A stretch of DNA of 64,000 nt. Origin: Macrostomum lignano. Taxonomy: Eukaryota. The position numbers and the translations under genes were made by a program. Below, piece after piece: positions 12,001-25,336 of the stretch (positions are counted from its first letter, which is position 1; every line of letters begins with the position of its first letter). Location of the stretch: positions 1 to 64,000 of the forward strand of contig NIVC01003561.1 of the NCBI GenBank assembly GCA_002269645.1. Direction: 5' to 3'. The notes under the pieces were generated by a model. The model saw only the letters and a program-made list of their open reading frames with translations, was not told where the DNA came from and did no database searches.

Positions 12001-15000
12001 TCTTGATGCTTCTGACACCCAGTCTTGATGCTTCTGACACCCAGTCTTGACGCTTCTGACACCCAGTCTTGATGCTTCTGACACCCAGTCTTGACGCTTC
12101 TGACACCCAGTCTTGATGCTTCTGACACCCAGTCTTGACGCTTCTGACACCCAGTCTTGATGCTTCTGACACCCAGTCTTGACGCTTCTGACACCCAGTC
12201 TTGATGCTTCTGACACCCAGTCTTGACGCTTCTGACACCCAGTCTTGATGCTTCTGACACCCCAGTCTTGATGCTTCTGAAACCCAGTCTTGACGCTTCT
12301 GACACCCAGTCTTGATGCTTCTGACACCCCAGTCTTGATGCTTCTGAAACCCAGTCTTGACGCTTCTGACACACAGTCTTTATGCTTCTGACACCCAGTC
12401 TTGACGCTTCTGACACCCAGTCTTGATGCTTCTGAAACCCAGTCTTGACGCTTCTGACACCCAGTCTTGAGTCTTCTGACATACAGTTTTGATGCTTCTG
12501 ACACCCAGTCTTGATGCTTCTGACACACAGTCTTGATGCTTCTGAAACCCAGTCTTGACGCTTCTGACACCCCAGTCTTGAGTCTTCTGACATACAGTTT
12601 TGATGCTTCTGACACCCAGTCTTGACGCTTCTGACACCCAGTCTTGATGCTTCTGACACCCAGTCTTGACGCTTCTGACACCCAGTCTTGATGCTTCTGA
12701 CACCCAGTCTTGACGCTTCTGACACCCAGTCTTGATGCTTCTGACACCCAGTCTTGACGCTTCTGACACCCAGTCTTGATGCTTCTGACACCCCAGTCTT
12801 GATGCTTCTGAAACCCAGTCTTGACGCTTCTGACACCCAGTCTTGATGCTTCTGACACCCCAGTCTTGATGCTTCTGAAACCCAGTCTTGACGCTTCTGA
12901 CACACAGTCTTTATGCTTCTGACACCCAGTCTTGACGCTTCTGACACCCAGTCTTGATGCTTCTGAAACCCAGTCTTGACGCTTCTGACACCCAGTCTTG
13001 AGTCTTCTGACATACAGTTTTGATGCTTCTGACACCCAGTCTTGATGCTTCTGACACACAGTCTTGATGCTTCTGAAACCCAGTCTTGACGCTTCTGACA
13101 CCCCAGTCTTGAGTCTTCTGACATACAGTTTTGATGCTTCTGACACCCAGTCTTGATGCTTCTGAAACCCAGTCTTGATGCTTCTGACACCCCAGTCTTG
13201 ATGCTTCTGACACCCCAGTCTTGATGCTTCTGAAACCCAGTCTTGACGCTTCTGACACACAGTCTTGATGCTTCTGAAACCCAGTCTTGACGCTTCTGAC
13301 ACCCCAGTCTTGAGTCTTCTGACATACAGTTTTGATGCTTCTGACACCCAGTCTTGATGCTTCTGACACCCAGTCTTGATGCTTCTGACACCCAGTCTTG
13401 ACGCTTCTGACAACCCAGTCTTGACGCTTCTGACACCCCAGTCTTGATACTTCTGACACCCAGTCTTGACGCTTCTGACAACCCAGTCTTGATGCTTCTG
13501 ACACCCCAGTCTTGAGTCTTCTGACATACAGTTTTGATGCTTCTGACACCCAGTCTTGATGCTTCTGACACCCAGTCTTGATGCTTCTGACACCCAGTCT
13601 TGACGCTTCTGACAACCCAGTCTTGACGCTTCTGACACCCCAGTCTTGATGCTTCTGACACCCAGTCTTGACGCTTCTGACAACCCAGTCTTGATGCTTC
13701 TGACACTCAGTCTCGACGCTTCTGACATACAGTTTTGATGCTTCTGACACCCAGTCTTGATGCTTCTGACACCCAGTCTTGATGCTTCTGACACCCCAGT
13801 TTTGACACTCCTGGGACCCAGTTTTGACGCTTGTTCTGACACTCAGTTTGGTGCCCCATCGATACCTGCTGCTAGTGAGCAAAAAAATGACCATTTTTAA
13901 CTTCAGGCTTTCAATCCGGCCAATTTCTGCTACAGCCTCGAGGTAGAGCAGCCCCACGCCGAGATTAACAGATTCGAAGGCAAAATGTGAGCGCCTTAGA
14001 AACCAGTTTTGTTTAGCGTAAGAGTATACCACCTTTGACGGTAGAAGATGCAGACTTAGAGACCTTTCACCTGCTAGCTCCAATAGAAACGGCCATTAAA
14101 GAATATTTTTTATGGTAAAGTTGTCTACTGTTTCATCTCCAGCCGGGTGGACGACAATGAAGATCACGACGTGTCCATACACGCCGAGAACCTCATGCTT
14201 CGTGGCTGCAAGCTGAAGAACACCGAGACAATCGTTGGGCTGGTTGTCTACGCCGGCCAAGAGACGAAAGCGTCGCTCAACAATCAGGGGGCCAGGTTCA
14301 AGAGAAGCAAGCTGGAGCAGCAGATCAATAATAGCGTCGTGTGGTGCATTGTTCTGCTGTTCATAATGTGCTTCTGTGGAGCGATTGGTGAGTATTTATG
14401 GTTAAAAAGCAACACTTAATTGTGTAAGAGGACCAAGAAAAATTTTAGTTTCTTGACCAGGATTTAATTACATGGACAGCTGAAGCAGAAAGGCTGGTCT
14501 TGCAACTCGTGCAATGTTTTGCAATTCTGTCCATTCATGGCTCCTGAGCACATCCAAGCAAGTACTGTACGCAGGAACGCACTCGTACACACGCTCACAC
14601 AGGGTGTAGAGTGGCCCTGACTTTGTAATCATCAGGCATGTACACTCTCTGCAGTGCCTTGGGGGCTGGTCCTCGTGGGTGTAAATCACACGACAACTCC
14701 CACAAGCAACAAATGAATGTCGTGGGTCACAGAAACACGGAAACGAAGAAACTTTGCCTGAAGCCTCCTATCTCGCCAACGCATTGTGCAGCGTTCTTCT
14801 GCTTCAGCTGACCATGCTTTCAAAACGAATTTGCACAGAGTTCCGTCTTTTGTCAAAATATCAAAACCAGACATGTAACGCAAATATATTTTTTAAACTC
14901 AGCCAACGGAATTTGGACTGCCTCATTTTCGGACCCATCGGCGGTGATTTTTCTGGCTTTGGTAGACGGCGACTCCTCGTCGTCACCTGCGATGCAGGCC

Positions 15001-18000
15001 TTCATAAACTTCTGGACCTACGTGATCATCTACCAGGTGAGACTTGAGAGAGGTCGCTATTCGAACGCAGTTGAACTTATTTATACCCAAATGACGTCAA
15101 TAACAACCCAAAAACTCATTTGCAGGCCATGATCCCTCTGGGTCTTTACCTGACCATTGAGTTTGTCAAAATGGGCCAAATCATGTACATTGAGCACGAC
15201 ATGCAGCTGTACGATCCGGTCCGCAAGACCATGGCCGAGTGCAAGGCGTGGAACATCACGGAGGACCTGGGCCAGATTCAATACGTGTTCTGCGACAAGA
15301 CGGGCACCCTCACCGAAAATGAGATGGTGCTCAAACGGTGCTCGATTAACGGCATGGACTACGCGGAAGGAAGTGAGTGTCTGTTTTTCTATGAAAATTC
15401 CACGCCTTTACCGAATCGGGAGGATCGCCAAAATACTGACAGATATGGCGCCTGCTCAGAGCAGTTTGCAGTGAGGTTGGCATCACAACTAAGATGAATT
15501 CGCAAAATAATACAAAACTGTCAACAGGGACGAGTAGAAAAATCATTCAGAACACACAAAGCACTTACTTACTACTAGCCTTAAATGGTACTACTCAGCC
15601 GAAAAGTATGTTCTAGAAATTTCCAATCCAGAATTCAAGCACATCTAGTCAGAGTTTAGATTAGCAAACCGTAAAATGGCCTGCAAAACAATGAGGACTG
15701 CGAGACCAAGGATCCTCAACGAGAACAGGACATGTCCAAAGTGCCGTGTGGGGGTCGTGTCGAGGCTCAATCAGCTGAAATTCCCCACTTGGTGCCAAAA
15801 AATAGTTTGGTATTCTTACTGTTAATTAGTTAAGATTCATCAAAAAATATTCTGAAATGTCCTTAATAGTAATAATATCACAAATACCTGCAGTGCCGTA
15901 AAAATAACGTCCTCATGTGACGAATGTCCGACAGTGAGATTTCCCGTGCTGATGGGCTGCTATGCCAGCTAGTGAGCGAACAGGCAGCGTCTGACTGATC
16001 ATATAAAGCAGATTTTTTTCGATTTGCGTATATTTGTGTTTTTTCCTGTCACGGATGCTAGTAGTAGTAATTGATGCTTGAGCAGACAGGAAAACGAAAT
16101 CAGGTGTCTAATGCTGCGGCTTCGGAGGTGATGACAACGGTGGGAAAAATTAATTGAATGCGTCCTGGAGTTTGGTGGGTAGAATTCTATCGCAAGTTGT
16201 CAACTTGTTAGCTTTATAGCTAGCAGCTGAGCTCTCAAAAATGCTCTTCTCCGAATGAAATTTTAACGTCACAATCAAATTTGAAAAATGTGCAAAGTCA
16301 CCTTGCTGTAACTTTTGAAACTAGACTGTGTTGTAACCCGGGTCGGTTTGGGTACCCAGTCCCGAGTACAATATATATTATACGTGATATAACAGGCGTT
16401 GTGACGCTCTGTCTGTACTTTTATGGATACGAGCAGGAGTGACGACGCTCTTCGATAATAGTTCGATCCCTCTGGTGTTGTGACACTCAGAGTTCACGCT
16501 GCGACTTGAGGTGTGGTGACACTCTCGAGTGTTTCTAGTCTCGATACTGTAGGTTGTACACACTATAGAGTAGACGGTACAGTACTACAAAAAGCTATAT
16601 GCTCTCCCGGCGTTATGACGCTCTGGCAAGAACTCAGCCTAACAAGCTCCCAGAAAAGAACGAACTCAAGCAGCAGTGGCTTACCAGTGGCCAAATCGCC
16701 GTTCGTACGTTTATTGATTCGCTCGTTGTACAGTGCAGGTTCTAACTTCCAAGATTCTTCTTAAGGCTCTTCTGTTTCTTTTCTCGTATTCAATAGCTAG
16801 AATTGCTGTTTAACCGTCTAGTCTCGCACTTGTAATCTCAGAGCACACCAATTCAAAAACACAAAACAGCACGAACAGAACAAACAGAACAAACAGCGCG
16901 AAGGGCGTGAGCAAGGCCCAGAGCCGCACTAAATAACAACCAAACCCTGGGGCCGATGGCCCCACCGGCTAAGCCCACCAAAACAAGCTACCCCAACAAA
17001 ATAGAGACTGGCCGCGCCGGCCAGCCAATCGAAACCCCGCCTAGGGGGGGGGAGGGGCTGCACCTGCGCCAAAGCTGGCCCGGCCGCAGCCAACGTACAG
17101 TAATTGTTACTGTACGATTACCCACCAAAACAAGTACGGTAGCCCACCAAAACAAGCTACCCCAACAAAATAGAGACTGGCCGCGCCGGCCAGCCAATCG
17201 AAACCCCGCCTAGGGGGGAGGGGCTGCACCTGCGCCAAAGCTGGCCCGGCCGCAGCCAACCAGCCCTGAGCACGGGGCAGGGGCACGGCTGGGGAGGGGC
17301 ACGCGCAAAGCCCGGCCGGCGGCCAGACCCTGCCACGCCCGCCAACCCCTCCCCCCCAAACAGCCCCAAAGTGCAACGCGCCCTGCCAACTGACAAGGGC
17401 GCATGCACTACAACTGTTTTGAATGCAAAAAGCCTAAATTAAAAGGTCCTCATGTACTCTAACCTCTGCAGAGTCTCCAATAACCAACGGCACGCTGAAC
17501 GCTGCTAACGCGCCAGTCAACGGCGCTGCCACCTTGCGAAGCGGCAAAAACCATCGCGACATGTCGCCCGTTGCGTTTAAATCCCGGGATTCTACAGTGC
17601 AGAAAATTCCGATGAAACGATTGCAAAGAAAAGTCGGCCAAGTGTTCAGCGAGCACGGGCAGCAGGAGCAGGCGAATCAGGACAACCGCCTGGTGGACTA
17701 TTTTCTGGTGCTGGCGCTCTGCAACTCGGTTCTGGTCTCAGTGCGCAAGGCGCAAGCGGCCGCCACAGCCAGCGACGATGTCACCTCGACGCCCCGTGCG
17801 CCGAGCGGCATTCAAATGTCCGATCTCATCGGGGACGACGATGAGGACAACAACGGCGGAGGCTTCGGCCGTCAGGATGATGGTCCGGAAGCTGCCACGT
17901 CGCTACGTCGGGAACGTCGCGAAGCCCGTCGGAGGCAGCGCCGAGCCAATCAGGAGCTGACTGACCAGGAGCTTCAGGCGGCGTACATCTCCGACAGTCC

Positions 18001-21000
18001 AGACGAGGCCGCGCTGGTGTCGGCGGCCTGCCGGCTCGGCGTGAAGCTGGTGCAGCGCGGTCCGCACCGGTGCGTGGTTTGGCTTCCAGGCCATGGCCCG
18101 GTTCGAGTCCGCCTGCTGCACACGCTGCCTTTCGACTCGGAGCGCAAACGGATGTCCGTGGTGGTCCGGCACCCGCTGACCAAGGAGCTGACGCTGCTGA
18201 CTAAGGGTGCCGACAGTGCCATTTTTAGTCTGCTGGAGGCGCCTCAGTCTAACGGTAATCATTCCAAATTGTAGTGACTCCGGCGCAACTCTAAATCTGT
18301 GCCTTGAGCTTGGCGATTACAGTCATAGATCACACATTTCGGGAAGTACGCTGGACGTTCTACAGATGTTCCACAGGGGCCAGAGTACGAGCGTAGCTTA
18401 ACGGAAAACGCGTCCGCCTTTCGCGCCACGCCACATTCATTTAGGGCATATTCACAGTCATGATGGCCAACCCCCAGGGCACAGAGTGCTTACATGTCTG
18501 AAAAATGAGAAAGTCAGGGTCGCTGTACGCCGTGGGAGTGTGACTGCGTGCGTATCCTTAAATAGATGCTCAATAGTCGGTGAAATGGGGGCATGAATTA
18601 TGTCTCTGAAAACTGAAAACCCTGAAAACTAGGTGTTATTGGCAAAATTCTAACCTAAAAATCCTGGCTTACAAGCGTACATGTTCCTTTTAGTACATTT
18701 ATGCAACGCTATAATCCGAATAACCACCCAATTAGATCCGAAAAGCGACGAGGCAAAGATTCGCTGCCACACCGAGCTGCACTTGAAGTCCTACGCCAAC
18801 CACGGCCTTCGAACCCTCTGCTTGGCCAGCAGGACTCTCGGTTCCGAGGAGTACGCTGACTGGCTCGCGCAGCACCGTCGAGCCGACCAGTCCATGTCCG
18901 CTGGTCGCGGCGCCGCGCTGAAGCGACTCGCTTGCCTGCTGGAACGCGACCTGCAGCTGCTTGGCGTTGCTGGTATCGAGGACCGGCTACAGGAGGGCGT
19001 GCAGGACACGATTGCCAGTCTTAGAGACGCCGGAATGAGCGTTTGGGTGCTCACAGGAGACAAACAGGTGAGCTTCTGTAGCTTGACAGCCAACATTTGT
19101 AGTTTTTTTAATACGAATTCTAACACGAGGCATTCCCTTCGGTCGTGATCTCAAGGTCAGAGACTTCTAACATAGGGCATTCCCTTTGGTCGTGATCTCA
19201 AGGACAGAGACTTCTAACATGGGGCATTCCCTTTGGTCGTGATCTCAAGGACAGAGACTTCTAACATGGGGCATTCCCTTCGGTCGTGATCTCAAGGACA
19301 GAGACTTCTAACATGGGGCATTCCCTTTGGTCGTGATCTCAAGGTCAGAGACTTCTAACACGAGGCATTCCCTTTGGTGATGATCTCAAGGTCAGACTTG
19401 AAGCTATAACCTTTCACATTTGTACTGATGTTTAAGGGTAACATTAAATGCTCCATGTCCTTTATAACAATTTCAATAGCTGTTGACTTGAAGCTTAAAT
19501 TTTAGGCTACGCTCGCAAAATAGAAAAGCTTTGTTCTTTGTTAAGTCTGTGAAATTTTACATAATCACCAAAGCTTCTCCAAAACAACCGTTAACAGGAG
19601 ACTGCACTCCAGGTGGCTCTGGAGGCAAAGCTACGCTCGTCCCGGCAGACCCTTCTGTGCCTGAATGCCAGCGAGTCGCGCGCCGATTGTCGCCGTCTGC
19701 TGAACCGGTTTCTGGACAAACTGCGCCGCTACCGGCCACCAGGAGCACCGGAAGTCTCGTCTGAGAACAAGAGCTCAAGCAGGATTCGCCCAGAGCTGGC
19801 TCTAGTGGTGGACGGCGACACTCTGAAGCACTGCCTTACTAAGCCAAAGTGGCGACGTGCAGCTGTTAATGCGGATGTCTCAAATACTGTCGGTGGCGGC
19901 GGTAAGTGCTGTTGCAGTAAAGGTCCATTCAAGGACATCCAGGGACCACTAGAAGTTACCATTGTTGTTACAACAAGCGCTAATGTAACATGACAGTCTA
20001 TCCTAATTGGGGCGAAGAAAAGTGCCACTTAAGCATCCCATACCACTTGTAAACTCGTGCATGAACTATACTGATGGCACCACAGTATATAATCTAATCT
20101 CAAGTCCTATGTTCCCTCAGCCCCTCAAGCAGTAGTATAACAAGGACCGGCTATAGGGAATATGTATGAGTTATTATGGTACGAGTTATTCCCCGCATTC
20201 CCCGTATTCCCCGCATCGCCTCGATTCCCACCTATTAGGACCAGTTGCCAAGGCACAGAAAGTGTACATGCCTGACGTTTGGAAACTCAGAGCCGCTGTA
20301 CACCGTGTGTCTGTGTACAGTATGTGCTCAGGAGCCATGAATGGGCAGTCCTACGAATATCTATTGATTTTACTCCCATGCTTGATAAATTTACAGAAGC
20401 TACGTTTCGAAGCGGCGCGGGCACCAGCAGAAGCAACGACACCACCGCCCCTGCTGTCAGTAGTGACGATCCAGAGCAGGACGACTTGCGCCCCGATTTC
20501 CTACGCCTCGCCGAGCAGTGCGGCTCCGTGATCTGCTGTCGGGCAGCGCCGCGCCAGAAGGCGGCCGTGGTGTCCCTAGTGAAGACCAAAGGCGTCCGAA
20601 CCCTTGCCATCGGCGACGGCGCCAACGACGTCAACATGATCCAGACTGCGGACGTCGGTGTCGGGATCTCCGGCCAGGAGGGCATGCAGGCCGTGATGGC
20701 GGCCGATTTTGCATTGGCCAGGTTTCGCTTCTTAAAACGTCTGCTGCTGGTGCACGGGCACTGGTGCTACGACCGGCTGGCTCGGTTGGGTAAGAACGAC
20801 GTTGGCTTAGTAGTCCTTGACTTGTTGGATAGTATCAGAATCAGAGCAGAAGCTGATAAATTAAAGGTGTGTTACCACTCGATGTTAGGCTCGATTCCAT
20901 GTGCAGTCAAATTAAGTTGGGGCTAAATTGGAATCTCGGCTTGGGTCTTTTTGTGAAATTAACCCCAAGGCACAGTGAAGTGTACATGCCTAATAATAAA

Positions 21001-22858
21001 TAAAGTTAGGGCTGCTGTACACTCCAGTGTGAGTGTGTGCCTGTGCATATGACTGCGTACGTATCCGCCTGCTCAGGGGAGTCGGCGAAATGGGCAGTAA
21101 CGCCTCTCGCCGGTTGTGCGACAATGTCGTTTAAAGAGCGCCAAGGTGCACACAGCCCCCTGCCTCTAAAGAAAGTAATAAAAGAGGCTGCTAGATACAG
21201 AGGGAGCGCTAGATGCAGATTGAGAAGCAGACTACAGACATCCCATCTACTATCTGCTCTTGCAGCCCTACTACTGTTCTACAAGAACACCCTGTACTGC
21301 TTCCTGCTGTTCTGGTATCAAGTGTTCAACGGATTCAGCGGCCAGGTCAACATAGGCCAGATCTACCAGCTGTTCTTCAACTTGGTCATGACGTCTCTGC
21401 CGCCTCTGGTGATGGGCATTCTTGACAAGCACATCCGCGCCGACGTCCTGATGGCTAATCCGGTTCTGTACCGCGACCCCATGGATTCCAAGGGCTATCA
21501 GGCCTCGCACTTCTGGTACAACATTTCCGACTCGGTGTGGCAGTCGCTGGTGATGTTCATGGTGCCCTACTTTGTCATCGCAGACTCCGATTGGGATATT
21601 TTCAGCTTCGGCGACATGGTGATCGGAGCTGCCGTCATAACTTCGGTGCTGCACAATGCCATTGAGGTCAAGGGCTGGATGCTGGTTCACTGGTTCTCCT
21701 TTGTTGGTATGTTTTAAAGCTCTCTGCTTATCTCTTATCATTTTCTCCTAATTAAATTTATCTTGGACTCTATTCCCGTTGGGTTTCAAACAAAATAGCC
21801 GCTTAGCAAGGACTTCTACGACCACGATTCAACACGGCTGCATCTGATGTTCCAAAATTACATCAGTTATTCTTACTTGAAATGTTCTCCCACCATTTCC
21901 AACGATAGCCAGTTTAGCAAACTATTGCAAAGCTTTGTCACTTGAGAAAGAAGCATTTTGTCTGTAAAAAGACCAGGCTGTACATTGAACTTATCATTGC
22001 GTATGAGCTAGGTTTGACCAGGTATAACAAAAACTGGATGAGTAGGTTTCACGTCCAAGTTTGGGCCATCGGCTATAGTTCTATTTACAAAAAGTCATAA
22101 ATATTATAGGTTTGAGTAATTTTCAAGCACTTCAGTCAGTGTGTTGTTCTTGCGGTTATTCTGTACCGGTAGAAAAGGCTTTGCAGAACTTACCATAACT
22201 TCGCCCTTCAGGCAGTCCTGTAGTCGGCTGGATTCTCATCGCGATGTGCTTCAGCGCCATTTGCACCAACTGCTTGCACCCGGAGAATCCGTACTATCAG
22301 ATCATTCGCAATCTGAGCAATCCGGTGTTCTGGCTCGCCCAAGCGGTGGTAATCCCGCTGGCCCTGGCGCCCAGAGCCATCTACCGGGCCATGGACAACA
22401 CTCTGAGCAGCAGCCTGACCGCTCAAGCCATGCGCCTGCAGAACGAGCCGCGATATCAAGCCAATGCCGACATGTCCAAGGAGCTTCGTCTGCCAAACGG
22501 AGGCTTCGGCATCGGGGAGCACGACATCAACAGGTCAATGAGGATGCGGAGCACACCTCTGCTGCCAAGGGGATCCGTACTGGATACCACTCTGCTTGAA
22601 CCGTCGGAGCAACAACAACAGCAACAGCAACAGCAGCAGCACCAGTCACGAAAGCAGGAGTCCTGGTGGGAGCAGAGAAAGACGAAAAACCAACAAAAGC
22701 AACAGCAACAACAACAGCAACAGCAGCAACAGCAGCAGCAGCAGCAGCAACAGCTTCAGGGATTTCCCGGCAACTCAATTCGACCAGGCCAGCATCGCAG
22801 GAGTCGAAGCGAAGTGAACGAGCAGGCAGCTGCGAGCGCTGCGGCCGTCATTGCGTAG
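9021..22858 (+). CDS. ATP10: P4-type ATPase phospholipid flippase, ATP10 (class V)-like, about 1404 aa
   Basis: Exons 9021-9629, 13907-13986, 14143-14387, 14903-15036, 15126-15372, 17472-18254, 18736-19067, 19598-19901, 20397-20789, 21266-21706, 22212-22858, all phase-compatible and GT-AG. Motifs: [63 protein letters not shown]1 NFMP is ATP10-like. C-terminal poly-Q tracts. Confidence 0.93.
9765..10740. repeat. 21-bp minisatellite (GGCACTCATTTTAGCGCCGCA)n in ATP10 intron 1, about 46 copies
   Basis: Direct tandem units; explains the 310-330 aa repetitive ORFs on both strands. Confidence 0.95.
11205..11252 (+). CDS. Probable 48-nt phase-0 exon of the ATP10 gene ([16 protein letters not shown])
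   Basis: CTCTCCATTCTGTTTGCAG acceptor and GAG|GTGAGT donor; 16 codons with no stop; lies in frame between phase-0 exons 1 and 2. Confidence 0.55.
11680..13850. repeat. 22/23-bp minisatellite (GACACCCAGTCTTGATGCTTCT)n, about 95 copies, with a 531-bp higher-order duplication
   Basis: Direct tandem units; the diagnostic variant TTTATGC occurs at 12379 and 12910. Confidence 0.95.
14520..14660 (-). mobile_element. Copy of a dispersed hairpin-core repeat family (SINE-like)
   Basis: Reverse complement reads GTGTACATGCCTGATGATTACAAAGTCAGGGCCACTCTACAC...GCTCAGGAGCCATGAATGG; homologous to about 5980-6040, 18470-18595, 20237-20350, 20965-21098 and 36718-36872. Confidence 0.7.
16329..17412 (-). mobile_element. 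Solo LTR (1084 bp), antisense within an ATP10 intron
   Basis: TG...CA termini flanked by the 4-bp TSD ACTG (16325-16328, 17413-17416). Internal direct repeat of about 120 bp (16974, 17143) carrying CCAAT and GC boxes. AATAAA on the - strand at 16710-16715. Confidence 0.8.
18470..18595 (+). mobile_element. Diverged copy of the hairpin-core repeat family
   Basis: CCAGGGCACAGAGTG...GAAAGTCAGGGTCGCTGTAC...GCTCAATAGTCGGTGAAATGGG. Confidence 0.6.
19115..19398. repeat. 47-bp tandem repeat, about 6 copies, in an ATP10 intron
   Basis: Unit GACTTCTAACATGGGGCATTCCCTTTGGTCGTGATCTCAAGGACAGA. Confidence 0.9.
20237..20350 (+). mobile_element. Copy of the hairpin-core repeat family
   Basis: CCAAGGCACAGAAAGTGTACATGCCTGACG...CTCAGAGCCGCTGTACAC...GCTCAGGAGCCATGAATGGG. 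Confidence 0.7.
20965..21098 (+). mobile_element. Copy of the hairpin-core repeat family
   Basis: CCAAGGCACAGTGAAGTGTACATGCCT...GGGCTGCTGTACAC...GCTCAGGGGAGTCGGCGAAATGGG. Confidence 0.65.
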
Positions 22859-23221
22859 AGAGAAGCTGGCACTGAGTTTTTGCATAGCAACTAGCTAACC
22901 CTACGTAAGACAACAAGCAAGCAGCCGTTACCGTTTCCCATTGACGCACCTTTTTACTGATTTTAAAACTGTGTTGAAATATTTCTGCTCTAAGAAGCAC
23001 CATTGGACAATATTTCTTGTTTTTTTGTCTTTTTAAGTTCAATAAAGCTGCTTTAACTTGCATAGAAGCATTGGCAACCAAATGCATTCGTAGGTAGCGA
23101 CCCTTCCTTTTTGAAAAAAAGTTTGTTTTACCAAATTTATTGTTTCGGCACGAGCCGTGCGCCATGATTTCGACTTTTCGACTTTTCCGAACTGCTTGTT
23201 GACATGTTTACGTTTTAAAGG

Positions 23222-23820
23222 ACTTTATCTGAAACCGGAACAACCCCATGACTGAACAACCCATGACTGGACAACCCCATGACTGGACAACCCATGACTG
23301 GACAACCCATGACTGAACAACCCCATGACTGGACAACCCCATGACTGGACAACCCCATGACTGGACAACCCCATGACTGGACAACCCCATGACTGGACAA
23401 CCCATGACTGAACAACCCCATGACTGGACAACCCCATGACTGGACAACCCCATGACTGGACAACCCCATGACTGGACAACCCCATGACTGGACAACCCCA
23501 TGACTGGACAACCCCATGACTGGACAACCCCATGACTGGACAACCCCATGACTGGACAACCCCATGACTGGACAACCCCATGACTGGACAACCCCATGAC
23601 TGGACAACCCCATGACTGGACAACCCCATGACTGGACAACCCCATGACTGGACAACCCCATGACTGGACAACCCCATGACTGGACAACCCCATGACTGGA
23701 CAACCCCATGACTGGACAACCCCATGACTGGACAACCCCATGACTGGACAACCCCATGACTGGACAACCCCATGACTGGACAACCCCATGACTGGACAAC
23801 CCCATGACTGGACAACAACA
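23222..23820. repeat. 16-bp minisatellite (CCCCATGACTGGACAA)n, about 37 nearly identical copies, intergenic
   Basis: Direct tandem units with no spacers. Confidence 0.95.
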
Positions 23821-25336
23821 TTGCATACAGGGGATGGCGACTCTCAGAGGATGGCAGACAGCCCCACTAGCTGCAGCAGGTACTGTTGAGCCTTTCAGCT
23901 CTTGCCAGCGCCAAAAATGTTAACAAAAATTTTTTAGGACACTCCAAATCGTGTTTTGTTACGAGACTTTTGTTATAGTAAATGTTAAGGTATTTTAAAC
24001 AGATTTAACTGAAAAAATATTTGCTCATGTTTTACAAAGTATTTGCTGTGAAAGTAAAATTTAAATTATTAATCTTTATTTCAGAGTATAAATTTGTCGA
24101 TCCGCAAGAACAGACAATAGTTTTAATTGCCTAAAGTTTTTTTCTGCAATTAACTCCCACAGCTAAAACTTCGAATTCGCGACCAATGTTTCATACAAAT
24201 AAACTTTTTATACGTTTTCTTTTTTACATCAGAGTGACAGCTGCTCAGCTCTGCTCTTCCGCAGCAATGGAGCAATAGAACTTAAATTGAACAATTAACG
24301 CACTGCTCTACTGTTAGTAGTTTTTCATGGTGTTTTTCTTTAGTTCAAAGTCATTCATAATGACTGGATGGAATCACAGATATAACGAGATGGGCCACTC
24401 AAGGCATTTATACTTAGCAAAACAGCTGTCTACTTTCAGTTCAGTAGCAATGAAGAATACATAAGCTATTTTTTACTTCATAAGAATAAAGGCAGCTGAG
24501 ATAACTTTGATTGGTTTAGAAGCCCAAGATTGCAGACGTAAACGGCTTGCTTATTGGTTCAGCAATAATGTACATTTGCCACCAAAATGTACATTGCAGA
24601 TTTAGGCTGGAACAACCAATGAAGGTAATAAAAATTGGGTGGCGGGGTAGGGGTAGAGGTTCAGTGTGGAGTTTAAGGGTTTAAGCTTCGTGGGGTGAGA
24701 GCCAATAAAATAGGCCTTGCCTTTAAAAATACATTAAAATTCTAAGTTTAACTTACTACCTTGGTAGATGTTCTGCAATCACGAGAGAAGATTTAGCAGC
24801 AAAATATTAAAAACTGCATCATTTACTGAAGACTCAAAGGCAACAAAAGCGTTTATTAACACACTCGTACAATGTTAATTTTAGCATTTAAAAAACCGCT
24901 ATATGTACACTTTGAAGCGACAAGTCCAACTTAAAATTATCAAGCATTATTTTATTCGCAAACGAAAACGAAATTGATGAACTGCATATGCATGACAGTT
25001 AATACGAATAGAATTTATGATTATTGAATGAACCTGTTCAGAGTTGCAAAGCATAAATAGAAAGCATGATGATCACTAGCTAGAGTCGGTTTCCGCACAG
25101 TAAGTAGCGCACACCGAATATTACCATCTAAATAATAAATTTTGACTGAAAAATATTATGTTATAGTTGGCTGTCACGTAATTATCGTTATAAAGGCCAC
25201 GTCAGCTGAAGCAAAGAATGAAATAATAAAAGTGCAATTTCTGAATAAGTTCAGAAAACACAGTTAAATTTCATTTAAAAAAATAGCTGTTACAAACTAC
25301 TTTTAGTACTCTATATCAGAGAATAGCATTAAAAAA

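Noticed and set aside
9738-13842. Long ORFs of 310-736 aa (MSACGAK, SEASRLG...)
   Set aside because: They are translations of stop-free 21- and 22-bp minisatellites inside ATP10 intron 1, open on both strands or in several frames.
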